From contig JAAILG010000102.1 of the NCBI GenBank assembly GCA_012026655.1, forward strand, positions 1-64,000: a DNA stretch of 64,000 nt. Direction: 5' to 3'. The notes beneath the pieces were generated by a model, which searched no databases, was not told the DNA's origin, and was given only the letters and a program-made list of their open reading frames with translations. Source of the stretch: Hydrolagus affinis. Its lineage: Eukaryota. Positions 12,697 through 26,362 of this stretch are shown one piece after another (the first letter of the stretch is position 1; every line of letters starts with the position of its first letter). The position numbers and the translations under genes are program-made.

Positions 12697-13399
12697 AGTA
12701 TTACCAACAGTCTCCTGAAAACGTGAATGAAGTTTCTTGTTAAGCGATAGGTTTCACATTGATAATTGATTATAGAAATCACATACTTTTAAGTATTTAA
12801 AAAGTGTGTTACTGTGTTTCAAAAGTTATTAATGCTAGTACAGGATATTTTGTTATTCTTTTTAATATAAATGTTCGACTCATTCATGATAGGAATGCTC
12901 AGCGAGATCAATGTGAGACTGATAAAAGGAAGTCTGACACTGCCCTATTAGACCAAGCACTCTAAAATAAATGTTAAATTTAGAAAAGGAAAATGTATCA
13001 ATTAGGAAATATAATAATAATCATAATAGGCCCTCCAAACACTATTCTCAACGCCAGTCAGGATACGCATTCAACCTTTACTTAAGGCTAAACAATGATC
13101 CCACTACAACCAATAATCGAAAGCCATCGTCTACAAACTGAATACCAATGTGTGACCTAACTGCAACACACTGGCAACAAGAGCAGTGTTGAGGTGGGGG
13201 CGGGAAAGTCTACCACATTCTGGGAATTTGTATTTGATAACATATATCCTAATCTAGACTGAACATAGACACCTTTTTTATTCTTTGCAAAATAAAATAC
13301 GTTAATAGATCAATTACATTTTAACTGAGCGACGGGAATTAAGATCAAAGTCTAGCATGAAGAAAAAAGTCAGATTAATCAAGGTACAGTATAAAACAA

Positions 13400-13890
13400 A
13401 ATGTGTATAAAGCCTTACTATGCTTTGAGTACCATATCTAGCTTTGGTCACTATAATCTATGAAGAATGGAAAACAGCATTTGAGAGGGTCAAAAAAATG
13501 CAGAATAAATAGTACTAGCAACTTTTAGAATGGATTGGGTGTTTTTCATGATGCCAACAGCAGAAAACTACAGGATATGATAAAAGATAAGGAAACCATG
13601 ACAAATATATCTTAAGAAATACCTACTTTACACTTAGAGCTGTTTGGTTATTGAGTGAGCTGTAATTGTACAGTGCTGCCAATGAACACACTGATACATT
13701 CATTGGCAGCACTGTACAAATTAGTACATCTAGTATTTGCTGTAAAATGGAATGAACAGATTTCCGATTGTGAAATAAGCCGAGAGGAGATTAGTTCCTG
13801 GGGATACATGAGAATAAAATGGTTTCTTTTGGCCCTGAATTTGGACATTAAAAAATGACGTGAGCTTGAATGGCCTTATCTAATTTTACA
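13400..13890 (+). mobile_element. Highly decayed CR1 3' fragment
   Basis: Remnants in the same order as the 148-694 copy: TGTATAAAGCCTT, TTTGAGTAC...CTAGCTTTGGTCAC, TTGAGAGGGTC and the 3' UTR motif GCTTGAATGGCCTT. Confidence 0.5.
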
Positions 13891-13934
13891 TTTACTGATT
13901 ATTGTTTGGGGAATATGTCATCAATCAGTCAATC

Positions 13935-14215
13935 AAAACTTACATTTATATAGCGCCTTTCACGTCGCGAGGACATCTCAAGATGCTGTACAGTTAGGTA
14001 GGGTCAAGAGCAGAGGAGGAGGGGTCGGGGCAGGACAAAGGAGAGCAGGAAAATCGACTGTATATTTGTGGGCGAAACACGGTAGCTAAATTGCACACAG
14101 CAGTGTCGCACAACAGTCATGGAAGTGGGATTAAGGGAAAAATGGGGGAAAGATGGCAAGGGGAGGGGTGGGGTAGGAGGAAGGAGAGCAGGAAAGCCGA
14201 CTGTATACTTGTCAT
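13935..14215 (-). mobile_element. L2-type tail joined to Deu-like segments (chimeric retroposon 3' end)
   Basis: TATATAGCGCCTTTCACGTCGCGAGGACATCTCAAGATGCTGTACAG matches the reverse complement of the 1-148 tail. 14056-14122 matches the SINE Deu segment, and GGAGAGCAGGAAA..CGACTGTATA occurs twice. Confidence 0.7.
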
Positions 14216-16128
14216 GCATTATATCTGCACACAGAGTCAACCAGCTGCTCAACAATGGGAAGCGAATGGCACAATGGGATTGAAGGTGCTTTTGAAGAAG
14301 TCACGAAGAAAGAATCAAATAACCAGGTGGAAACAAAAGGGGAACTAAAACAGGTCTCTCACAAAGGTCTTACTGCAGTTGGACACCAGGAATAATTTTC
14401 TCCCTTGTGATGAGTTCAATAGAAATTGGAATCGGGTCTGAATGGAGAGTCCAGCACATGGCAAGGAAGCCAGGTAAGAGCAGTACTGGCACTCCAATGT
14501 CAATATCAATCATTATTCCACATCTGGACATTGATCTATTCCAATGTTATGTGATGGTTGTAATCAGTTAAAAAATGCTACGACTTGTTCAATGAGTGTG
14601 CTTAGCTGAGGAAATTGACATAATACGCAGCACATACAGAACATTTTAGTTCTCAACAAAAGATATTCTGTGTTCTCTTTTCACTGCAGCAATGAAAATT
14701 ATCAGGTGAACTATTCCAGGCAACAAGCTACTACTTGCTGCAGGCAAACATAAGACGTATGTGTACAAAGTCACATAGGGTTAGAATTCCAGCAATTTGG
14801 CAAGTTACAGTTAATCATCTAGTTTCTAAGCCTTTATTGTCCATAGACTTTCAGGAAATATATAGGTGATTATTTTAGGTTGCATTCTCCCCCAGAAGCT
14901 TACAAGGACCAGTCAGTATAGTTAACAGAAAGATGTATGGAGCTCACTGCTAATTTTCATCTTATGTATCTCCTTGCTCTGATTACCCGGGAAAAAATGA
15001 ATGAGTATTTGCAATATCTTTTCCGACACATCTCTTTCAATTCATCTACCCAAGTCTTTAGCTCAGACTTTCACAGCTATTAAAGTTGATTCCATACATT
15101 CATTAATAAAGATATAATACAGTTCAGAAATCCAATTCTTATCCAATGGGTTATTCATAAGAGAATACAATTTTGATGGAGGGAAATGTTCAAATACTGC
15201 TGTGATGGGCATGATGGACCTGCATGTATCAGATGGTATTGCACTCCTGAAGTTGCACAGAACCTTTCTTTAGCTATTCAAAGGAGGAGAGATGATCATC
15301 GTGCAACAAATCCCTTACACGGAATAGGTATTACATTTGTAGAAACCTGTGTAAGAATAAAAGGGAAAGGACAACCTCTGTTGTACCCTTGGGAGACACA
15401 TACAGTATTTATATAAAAGTCCTAGATCCCAAGGGCACAATAAAACACAAGATTCATCCTGAATCTGAGGGATAATTTATTGTAGCTAATAAATTGGAGA
15501 TGGAAGGTGACATCGCTACTTTACCCATTCATAGCCAGTGTGCTGATTTCACCAAACAACTGCGTGATGAATTTGTGCAGTCATACTACATTTCAAGTTA
15601 GGCAAATAAATAACTTGCTTTTGGCTGTTTATAATATTTCCAGCTGCACCTATAGTCTCTTATTTGGCCAGCTAGACCTTGACAGTTCTTGATTAAGTAA
15701 AGTCTTTACGTGGAACTGTAACATGCAACATTTAGCTGTCATCAATGCCATTAACGTGAAAAATCTAGGATAGAGATGTGGGAAACAGTTTCACTCTACC
15801 TTATAAAAAAAACTACAAGGTCTAACCTTGCTCTATACAAACAGTTTTACAGATGAATCTTGTTGATACAGGATTATTTTACCGAACCACCAGAGGAGTG
15901 AATGCAATTGAAATATTTCACAGAACAGTATATGACTTTGCTCTTCTAGAAAATTATTTCATACACAGAAGAGGAACACAAATCTAACATTGTGGGCAGC
16001 GCAGTGAGCGAAGAGATCAATGCTTATGTCAGGTTTAGGTGGACATCTTAAGTTAAACTTGTTATTTGTTCCATACATCAGTTCTTCCGTATCATGCTTG
16101 GCTCATCATGAGGCAAATGGTAAAGGAT

Positions 16129-16463
16129 ATAATAATAATATAATGATAATCCTTGCATTTGATATGGTGCTTTTCACATCTTATCGACATCTCAAAGCAC
16201 TTCACAGAATTTACTGTAAAGTGAATTGATTGTATATTTGTGGGGCGAAATGTAGCAGCCAATTGCACACAGCAGTGTGCCACAAACAGTCGTGGATTGA
16301 AAATGACCAATTTTATTATTGTGTTTTTTTTTGGAGGGATTATTATTAGGCATGTAGAGCAAGGAAACTTGCCCCAGGTACCACCCTGATCTGCCTGGAT
16401 TCGAACACAGGTCTCACGCATGTAAGGCGAGTGCTCTAACCACTGAGCTACAGTAGGAGCTCC
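16129..16463 (-). mobile_element. tRNA-derived SINE, full length
   Basis: Reverse complement reads TGTAGCTCAGTGGTTAGAGCACTCGCCTTACATGCGTGAGACCTGTGTTCGAATCCAGG (A and B boxes), then the Deu-like core and an (ATT)n tail. Confidence 0.92.
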
Positions 16464-17575
16464 TTTTTTAAATAAAAAGTAAATAAAATGTTACAACTGT
16501 TAACATTAATCAGTTTAATCAATATGTTTGAAGATGGAATACCTACACAATTGTAACATCAATAGATGAGTTTCTATGTTTAGAAATGGAACCATTATTA
16601 GGACTCATCAACAAAAGGAATGCCTGCTTTCTTTGCTGGACTCTTAACTTTGACCACTCTAATTCTAAGGTGGCACAAAAGTGCATTAAACAATCCTACT
16701 CAGGTCACTTTACTTTACAATCACAAAAATATTAGGGGACTAGCAATATGCCCTGCCCAGATGTTGGTGAGAACTTGTCAAGTAAAAGATGGCAAGGAAA
16801 CTGAGCAGTGCCACAGTTAATAGGGAAAGGAAATGCTTGTGGCCACAGAATGATGCCTTAAAGATATTGTTCAAGAAGATAATAGGAGGCCATTCAGATC
16901 ATCCTTCCTTATAATAAGTAAAACTCACCATTTCACAGATTCTACCCAACTTTATGTTCTCATGGGAAAACTCTTCCTCCAAGGTATTCAAGCAAATTTG
17001 AGAATGTCTTTCTCACCTTCTAATCAACATTCATGAGGACATATTGCTCTGCCTTTCTTCCTATTTACTGCTAGTAGTGCAAGAGTTTGCCCTTTTCATA
17101 ATATGCTCAGGGCTTAGATAGCGACACAGGATTTGATTGTCTGAAGCCAAGATCAAAGCATTGTATTTCACACAATGTTTTGAAGAATTTTCCATTTAAC
17201 ATCATACAGACAATAAGAGTGAACAACTCAAGAGCACTTCATTTGTTTTCTAGATACAGGGCCAGCTGTGACAAACAGAATAAGAAAAAACCCTGGAGAA
17301 GTGTGAACTTTCTGCAATGAATTGGCAGCGCCGGGGGGAAATGCAGTTGATGACAACATTGGAACTCATAAGATGGTACAGACAGAAGTGGGAACGCAGG
17401 CTGGGAAAATTACATTCCTACCATGAGTGCGTACTTTTTTTGTGGAATGGAGCTGAAGAACATAATCCACTGAGATGCAGAGACAAAGAAATACATCAAG
17501 GAGAAATAACATTGACTGACCAACATGGAGGTGAGAGTTACACTATTATCAACACTTAATTTCACATTCTTCAGG

Positions 17576-17648
17576 ATATATATTATACATACATATATAT
17601 ATATATATACATACATAGTTGTATATGTACATATATTATGTATATATA
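17576..17648. repeat. Imperfect (TA)n/(TACA)n microsatellite
   Basis: Directly visible in the sequence. Confidence 0.85.
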
Positions 17649-18284
17649 GCCCTGTCCAACAAAATGGAGATTGTCTCTTTAATGGGTACATAGGTGGATA
17701 GATAATGTAATTCATGTTGCAGCTATGTTTCCACTATTATATTTACACCATATGCAAATAATGTTTAATTTGATACCCCTGAATTACATATGCTGATTTT
17801 TTTTAAGCAACATTGAAAACCAAAGGAGCTAAGTGAATCACTCTCGTGAGTACATGCTAAGCTGCTACATCTGGTCACAGATAATATTTATGTTAATAAT
17901 AATGCCTAAAAACAATCTAATTTTTGTAGCTGCAAATGACTGAGGGGCAACCATAAGAAGCAAAAATAACTTATTACTCAGAACATTCATCTGGCAATCT
18001 GGGCACACATCTGCTGTCAGCATGAATTAAGTCTCTGCTCGCAACCAATTTGGCAGACAATAAATTATTGCAGCGAATAACGTGAAGGTACTCTTCTAAT
18101 CTGTTAAATTATTTGAATGATTAAAAAGGTAAAAGTACAGGACATACATTAAACTATGGACAATGTGGAGTGATTTGTTCATGCTGTCAGGAGCAAAGGC
18201 ACATTCCGCTAGTTAGTATCCTAATGTGGAATGTGAAGCCAATTTATATTTGCAACTCTACAGGGTATTGATTGGGCCAACATT

Positions 18285-18435
18285 CAATAACAACTTGTGT
18301 TTATATAGCACCCTTCACATGAGATAGCATCTTGGAGTGCTTAAGCCCGAGTATTTAATATTCCTTGCATTTCACATCAGGAGACTCAAACGGTTTCACA
18401 GGAATTACTGTAAAATGTAGTAACTGTGTATTCTA
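18285..18435 (-). mobile_element. Two adjacent short L2/SINE 3' tails
   Basis: CAATAACAACTTGTGTTTATATAGCACCCTTCAC resembles the reverse complement of the L2 tail at 21620-21686. TTCCTTGCATTT...TTTCACAGGAATTACTGTAAA resembles the SINE tail. Confidence 0.6.
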
Positions 18436-20541
18436 TAGATGAATCTCAATAAATGTAAATTTTTTCCAGCACACTTCAATCCAAATTTAACTTTTTTGTG
18501 TGTGTACTGATGTTGTTAAGGGCATCAATTTCCAACAAGATTTCTTTATAAGAATCCAAATGTGAACTTGCTTTGGAAACACAAAATATGTCACACAACT
18601 CACCCGATTCACAGGAACACCACTCTGAAGGTAGACTCCAGAGATGCTCATTTAGATAAAGATCATGCAAAAAGCACTCAGATATGGAGGATTTTTAGTT
18701 CTGATGTTTGTATTATGTATATGTATGAACATAGAATGAAATTAGAATTTGTCACATTAAAATAATTTTCTCACATTCATGCAAGGACCATTGAACACTA
18801 ATTATTTTTTACCGCAAACAGTTTAATTTACTTCACAATTACATGAAATGGATGGTTATTAGTGCAGAAATTGATTTTACATGAAAAGCCAATTTTCTAG
18901 AGCAAAGATATGAATTACATATATTAAATGTTTTGTGTTACAGTGACATATAGGACTTGGAGACATCTTTTGTTACTTAAGGGTGAAAAGTCAAGCTCTC
19001 TAGGACACTATTCTGTGTGCAGGATGCAATATAAATGCAAGTTGTTGTTGCTTTGACACATTTTTGATCTACAATAACATTCCTTTTTAACATTTTCAAT
19101 GTTCAAGGTGTGCTTACAAAACAAGGAATTATTTCAGACTTTTAGATACAGTAAACTTTTGATAACCAAGAGAAATGGGCTTTAGTGACGAGTTACCCAG
19201 AGTAACGAGTTAGGCATAAGTCCTCCTGGGCCACGCTGGGGCAAAATGAGGCTCAGATGCAACACAGAGGCCTATGGTCCAATGGAAAGCTATGCCATGG
19301 ATTGCTGCCCTTTCCTTTCACAGGCTAAAGGTAGGAAATGGGGCGGGAGGCCAAAGCACAGCTCTCCAGCAGATGAGAGGTTTCTGCAATGCATCTGAGC
19401 ATGTGCACCCAACCACTGACAGGTGTCTTCACTAGCCACAGGATCAGGTAGTAGACCTCTCCAATACAAGATGCCATCTTATAGGAGAAGTTATGTGTTA
19501 AATTTTACATTGTAAGAACTGACAAGAATTTCTAGAATGTGACTAGTTCCATGTTAAGCAGAGTGACAATTAAAGTGGAGCCCTCACTAACATTTTACGT
19601 TGGAAGCGGCCAGGATATTGACAACATGGCTACTTAAGTGGTAGTGACAAGTTAAGCCAGTGTCTTAATATCAAAAGATATCTGAATATCAAAACATGTT
19701 GTTTTTTAAATTATTCATTAAGGAGGAACCTTTTTAGTAAGCTAATTCTCAGGCTCTTTATGTGTACAGTATTTAATGTTAGTGTATTGAGGAAGGATAT
19801 GACCTACAGTTTCTTCTGATAGGGACTGCAAATGTGAGCAACAGCTGTTGCTGATATAGAAGAATAAATAATGGCTTCCTTGCCACCCTCCTCCTCCATC
19901 TACAGCAGAAGATAAAATATTTGACATACACAAATCAAATACCAATGTGCTTTTCGGATCTTTCTGTGCACTGAATGAATGCAGACCTTCCAGCTAGAAA
20001 ATACAAGTTAAGGACTCAGACATTTCTAAGGCTTTAATGTAATGATATATAAAACAATACTAGGAGGCCACTTTACAAGATTGAAAGCTAGAATTGCGCT
20101 GAAGCAAGAGATCATGGTTTGTTCTACTTTGTCTTTTCAGGCCTTATGATGCAATAACACCAATTCTTAACATGTGTTAATTAAACTGAGGCCAACTTGC
20201 CACACAACCAGCTTGGCTCCTCTGCACAGCAGCAACACCAGTTCTCCAATACCCTTGTTATGAAATAGCTTTCACACCAATTTACACCTGCAGAAGCATA
20301 AATTCAGTATAAAAAGCACCTTATATATGTGCTGAAACTTACAATCATTCGATTAGACCATGTCCACCAAAACAGTCACATTGGTGGCTTGGTGATCAAA
20401 TGACACTGCCACCAGCTGAGGTCAATCACCTGAAGCTGACACAATGACCGAGAAGCCAATGGAGTCCTGTATCATAGCAACAGAAAAAAAGTCTGAAAAC
20501 AATTATCGTATTGTAAGTTTTTCCAAAACAGCATAAATAGA

Positions 20542-20634
20542 GAGGGTGAAAACATCCTCTTGCTGCTAGGTTAATGCATTCCCATTATAAACCCACACCA
20601 TTGCACTTAGTAGCAAGAGGTGTTTCTCACCCTC
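20542..20634. repeat. 93-bp inverted repeat (hairpin; collapsed MITE or pre-miRNA-like)
   Basis: Arms GAGGGTGAAAACATCCTCTTGCTGCTAGGTTAATG (20542-20576) and CATTGCACTTAGTAGCAAGAGGTGTTTCTCACCCTC (20599-20634). Confidence 0.85.
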
Positions 20635-20781
20635 AATCTGTGTCCATGGCACTCTATAGTTTCTTATATAATTTGACGGAGACACAAAACTCACAACAGC
20701 ATTTTAGATTTGTTCATCTACAAATATAATCATTACATTTTGTGGTTAAATCCTATGAAGGACAAAAGGATTTTCACTTTG

Positions 20782-21686
20782 CGACCCCCAGTCCCCTGAT
20801 GTTCTGTCAGCCTGCCTGTCAGACATCAGGAGCTGGATGAGTGCAAACTTCTTGCAGCTGAATGTTGACAAGACAGAAGCCATACTCTTTGGCTCTCGTC
20901 AATGTTTCCATTCACATGGCTCTCACCTCCTCCACCTTCCCGGTCTCCCCCTGAACGTCTCCGAACCCGTTCACAACCTTGGCGTCAGGTTCGACCCCCA
21001 ACTGTCCTTTCTCTCCCACATCCGGTCCCTCACCAGCACCACCTTCTTCCACCTCCGATGGATCGCCCGTCTCCGGCAATACCTCACCCCAAAAGCCGCT
21101 GAAACCCTGTTCCATGCCTTCGTCACCTCACGGCTGGACTATTCAAATGCCCTCCTCGCCGGTCTCTCCTTCACCACAATCCATAAAATCCAACTCATCC
21201 AAAACTGTGCCGCCTGCATACTCACCTGCACCAAACTTCGCTCCCCTATTACCCCAGTCCTTGCCAGACTTCACTAGCTCCCTATCCCCGAGAGGATCAA
21301 CTTCAAGTTCCCCACCCTTGTTTTCAAATCCCTCCACTCCTCTGCACCCTCCTACCTCTCTGACCTCCTCTCCTCAAACCAGTTCCTGTTGCCTTCGCTC
21401 CACCGGGTCTGGCCTCCTCCATGCCCCTGAATCCTCCGCTCCACCCTCAGCGGCCGTGTCTTCAGCCACTGTGCCCCGAGGCTCTGGAATTCCCTTCCTC
21501 ACTACCTTCATCTTGCCCCCTCTTTTCTCAGTTTCAGGTCCCAGCTGAAGACCTTTCTCTTCGACCGCGCCTTTGGTCATCTTTCTACCCCTGCCCCTGG
21601 CTCGGTCCCGGGATCCGCTATTGTGAAGCGCTCTGAGACGCCATCCGGTATGGAGGGCGCTATATAAATCGAAGTTGTTGTTGTTG
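20782..21686 (+). mobile_element. 5'-truncated L2 LINE, relatively young; ORF2 C-terminus disrupted
   Basis: Translation WMSANFLQLNVDKTEAILFG...NLGVRFDPQLSF..HI...FFHLR.IARLR...HAFVTSRLDYSNALL, then LH*LPIPERINFK (TAG in place of the W of LHWLP). Ends with a 3' stem-loop and (GTT)n tail. Confidence 0.96.
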
Positions 21687-23815
21687 AAGGGCTTTTAAGG
21701 ACAATTAACATAAGCATCTGAGTTTCTGCATGATCCTTCTTCAATTTCCACTGGATGAAAATTGGAAAGACTTCTCCAGGTACAACTTTTTCTTCCCGTA
21801 TTATTCTTTATTATTGGGATCTAAGCCAGAGACTTAATTATTGACTAATAGGTTGAATGTCTAATTGTAAATAAATTGTGTACCCTGTTTTCTAAATAAA
21901 CCAATACTCACACCAGGAGAGGAATTTTGCTGCAATTACTGAAAGTAAGACATAAGCTAAGTGTTTATTTTATGTACACACCTCAATGCTTTTCAGCAGG
22001 ACAGCAAGTAGCCATTTGCTTCAATGCATTGAGGAAAAATGATCGCCAAGTGTGCAATAAACTTCCGTTTGTATCAAGTTGGATACCGGGCTGAATAATA
22101 AAAAAAACTCAGCCAATATTTTCATACGTACAACAAAAATGTCAAAGTACAGGATTAAATCCTATCTCCTTCATCAGACCGCTCAATGTGGTTTGCATGA
22201 ATTTATGCAGCGCTATTTTTCTTACTCACAAAACATCAGCAATATTTAATGCAGCACAGTTCTCTATTTATAGTACACATTGTGCTTTTCAATGTGAATC
22301 GATAGTTACGTCTGATGTATGTGTAATAACTAGGAAAATGCCTATGGTATTCCACAAATTAGTTCTAGCAAAGGGAGCACTCCTTCTTCGAGATAGTGTA
22401 TTCAAAGTTAGATATGGCTCTGTGACTAGTTGAGATCACTGGCTTAAAAACAATGAACATGATTTAATTCAATCGCAGGCCTCTGTCAGACCTGCTGCTG
22501 CAAAGTCAAAAGGATGGCAGACAGCAATGGAAATGCCACAAAGTGCAGATACACATATACATTAAAAATAATGAAGTCAATAGTGAGCATTTTTTCTATA
22601 TTTCAATGCACTGCAGTTTTGCCTTGTGCCAACATGCCTCCAGTGTGCCCAATACCCATGATAAATATACCTTTGAGCTCATTATTGCCTAATTAGCACC
22701 ACTAACCAAACTACAAAACACATTTTCATAACAACGAGTGCAAGTTTGTAGTCTAAAAATAACCAGCCGTATAATTCTCATTTGCATATTAATTAAATGA
22801 GAAAAAATGTTTTCTCAGGTCGTTTTTATTCCTCTGCTGCATAAAATTCAAACACTTAGAACCATAAGATTCGCTTTATTATGGTTTTCTAACAGTTCAG
22901 AGGTCAACAGCTGACATTTTAGGAAGCAAGTGCTGATTCTTTTTAATTAACACGATCATTTACCTTTTAATGTTGGGCATTTTCCTGGTTCATGTTAAAT
23001 ATATTTGGAACTGCAAAGTTAAACCAGCCTCGGTCATGCTGACTTTCGCTACAAGTGCAGAGAAAGGGTAACAAAACTGCAGGAAGCCAGATTTCATCAA
23101 CAATTCACATGTAGAAACAGAGGCTGAAACTCAATAAAATTGGCATAGCACATTTTCATGATATACTGACCAGGACTGTCAAGACTAAAGTGAATTTCAA
23201 AATACATTGAATACATAATACAATTTTCCAGTCTGGACAAGTTTAAAAAAAAGCAAGGAACTTAGCTTTCAAAATTGTATCATCCACTTCCAATGTGACA
23301 GGACCCATGATTTTTAGCAAGTATGATTCTTTCAAGGTAAGAGAACGCTGACACTGGAGAGGGTTTTAGTTGAGGGCAATACGTCATATTTTCAGATTCA
23401 AACCAAAATTGTGTTCTTTATGGTGATAATAGCGGTCAAGCAGAAAGACCATAGAAATTATCAAGGGATTAATAAAATCTGTGACTGATTAGGAATAAAA
23501 TTCAATAAAACACTTGGAAATATCCATTTTGGTTGCATTGTGTCAAGTTCACAAAAAAAAGGATCTTGCCGAGGATAAGGTCCCCAAATATGTTTTTAAA
23601 AATGGTACAGTAAAATGCCTTATGCACATCTGATCAAGAAAAACTGTGTAACCATATCATAAGACTAATTATCCTATCATGACGCTGAAAGTGGATACGA
23701 TGAAATATTGACCCTGAAGGAAAAAAAAATCCTAGTTCTGTCAGGTGGAACCTAAAACGTTTAGATACAGTACATTCCATAACAACTAGAATTGAAAGAA
23801 AACAAAATGGTTCGT

Positions 23816-24117
23816 AATATTAACATTCATTGCATTTGATATAGCGCTTTTCACATTTTGTAGATGTCTCAAAGTGCTTCACAGAATATACTGTAAAGTG
23901 AATTGACTATATATATGCAGGCGAAACATGGCAGCCAATTGCACACAGCAGTATCCCACAAACAGTCGTGGATTGAAATGACCAATTTATTATTGTTTAC
24001 TTTGAGAGATTATTATCAGGCATGATGTATAAGGAAACTTGCCCAAGGTTTTGCCTTGCCTGAAATCAAACCCAGGTCTCTCGCTTGCAAGACATGTGCT
24101 CTAACTAACAGGGCTCC
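23816..24117 (-). mobile_element. tRNA-derived SINE, near full length
   Basis: Colinear with 16129-16463. The head (reverse complement GAGCACATGTCTTGCAAGCGAGAG) has a TGC anticodon-like loop. Confidence 0.9.
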
Positions 24118-24709
24118 AATATGGAATTCATAATTTGCAATGAAGCACAAAACGCAACTAATTTCAATTAGTGCAAGATTAACTTGGAGAATAACACTTC
24201 AACATGCTGGTATATAGAAGGGTAGCTTCATCTCCCACTCAGAGTTGAATTCATCGCATCCACAATACAATGAAAGATGCTTTGATATTTGTTAACATTC
24301 CCTCAGAAGTCGACAAAATGCCAGCCCTTCAGGCTCTACAACGAGTTTAGAAGAGGCCAAAGGTGTTTTGTTGCAATTTACCACAACAAAATCTGAAAAA
24401 CTACACATGGGGGAGCAAAATGCAACAGAACTGAACTGAGCATGCTGAGGAAAGTCCTCCAGAGGGTTGACAAACAAGAAAACAAATGGCAGTCACCGAT
24501 CCATCGCAAGCAACATCTGTGACATAGCTTGACACGTTCACAACTCCTTTGAATATCATCACCTATTAAAACCCTTCAGTGTACAATTCACATTGCTCAC
24601 GCCGCTCTCAATGGAGTTCTGCCTTCATGTCTTCAGCCACATTACTCATATTGTCTCTTCAGCATTCACCACAAGCCAATTGAATTGTTGATTTGACAAA
24701 TTGAATAAT

Positions 24710-25135
24710 ACAACAATAACCACCACCAACAACAATCATAGCAGCATGCATCTATATAGCACCCTTCATATGTGGTAGCATCTCAGAGTCCTTAGCAATG
24801 GCAAAGTTTGACTCTAACTGTGCAGCACCTTCGGACATCCTCCCGACATGAAAGGTGCTATACAAATCTAATTTTGTTGTTGTGGTTGAACTGGAGAGAA
24901 TGGCGAGGTGACTCTGGTAAAGTGAAATGTCTTCAAGTGTGATCTGAAGATGGGTAAAGTCAGAGGGATTGAGGCATGGAGCTTCAGAGGTTCAGGGCAT
25001 AGTGGCTGAAAGCACGGCTGCTGATAGTGGAGTGGAGTGGTCAAGGAACACAGAGAAGGCCAGAGCCAGCCAAGGACTGGGTGGAAGAATGGATTGTGAG
25101 CAGGTTGGAGAGGCACCAGGGCACAAAGTGATTTG
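24710..25135 (-). mobile_element. Decayed L2 3' end, interrupted by an opposite-strand L2 tail at ~24820-24888
   Basis: Minus-strand tail CAACAAC...TATATAGCACCCTTCATATG...TCTCAGAG at 24710-24795. The body at 24890-25135 translates FRSHLKTF and PCFQPLCPE, matching the 21440-21560 region. Confidence 0.8.
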
Positions 25136-25982
25136 CAGATGATTTGTGATAAAGTTGAAGGTGCAGTTTCAGAATTTTAAATTTGTCAAAAATATAAAAG
25201 GCATAGTGTTAGCTTAGGGGCCACTTCAAGTACATCAGTCCTGGTGCGATGCAGAATTCACATGGAAATGTATGCAACTGAAAATATAATCAGTGATTAT
25301 ATAGAATTTCCCATGATACAATGATATGACATAAGCTTTCAACACTCAAAGGTGATTTATTGACCATTCATCACAATGACACAGCATTGTACCCTTGTCA
25401 AATGAGTTTGAGAAGCATTACAGGAACAAAGCATTTCAATGCCACACATGAGATAACTTTTAATCCTTTGAGGCCAAGGGTAACATTTTCTTACCAAACA
25501 TTTTTTTCTAAAAAAAAACTTTAAAAAAAATGTCTCATGTCTGCACCAAGGTTTCATTTGTGTCATGTACATCAGCACTTCTGAACACCATAACATAAGG
25601 GGTGGTCTCACATAGTGTAGGACATATAAAAGTTCATTTCCTGTCTGATCGGATGAAAAGAATGATTGTAAAATTGTCCAAAGGGCACTCAGGAAATCTA
25701 TCTACATCTGCCTTTCTTTTGTGTGAATGGGAGTGTTGAAGATACAGTACTATGGTTTTCATATTATTATATTTCATGTTTCTTCTACCACATGAATGTA
25801 CATCTCCTTGTTCCCAACTCTTACAGTATAGTGTGGAATAGAAATGTCACAAGGAAAAGAATGCACAACAATTTCAGGGTGTTGATAAATAATGTTAGAA
25901 AGTCATCAACAACTCTTAACAGCTTCAGAAGCGGTGTTAAACAGTAGATATGCCACTGGTCTCAATCATCCACACATTTTTA

Positions 25983-26065
25983 TTTTGGGGAGACAGGTGG
26001 GAGTCTGACACATGCAAAAACCCATCGCCATTCTTAAGAGCGTCCAAACCAAGCTGAGATTTCCA
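25983..26065 (+). repeat. Dispersed ~80-bp repeat C, copy 1
   Basis: TTTTGGGG...TCTGACACATGC..AAAC.C.TC.CCA..CTTAAGAGC.TCCAAACCAA...TTCCA is shared with 27990-28070. Confidence 0.75.
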
Positions 26066-26068
26066 TTT

Positions 26069-26362
26069 ATAATAATAATAATTCTTGCATTTGATATAGC
26101 GCTTTTCATGTCTTCTAGGCGTCTCAAAGTGTTTCACAGAATATACTGTAAAGCAAATTGTCTGTATATTTGTTAGCAAAATGTGCCAGCCAATTGCGCA
26201 CAGCGGTGTCCCACAAACAGTCCTGGATTGAAATCACCAATTTTAATTTTTTTTGAGGGTTTATTATTAGGCATATGGAGTAAGGAAACTTGCCCAAGAT
26301 TTCACCCTGCCTGGAGTTGAACTTGCGAGACAAGTACTCTAACCACCGAGCTAGAGGACTCC
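26069..26362 (-). mobile_element. tRNA-derived SINE, near full length
   Basis: Colinear with the other copies, with (AAT)n tail, CAATTGCGCACAGC and AAGGAAACTTGCCC. Confidence 0.9.

Noticed and set aside
16395-16463. tRNA gene (also the other SINE heads)
   Set aside because: A and B boxes are present, but each runs into the SINE body and tail with no intact acceptor stem.
20902-21636. Overlapping Pro/Ser-rich and Gly/Glu-rich ORFs
   Set aside because: These are alternative frames of the C-rich L2 fragment.
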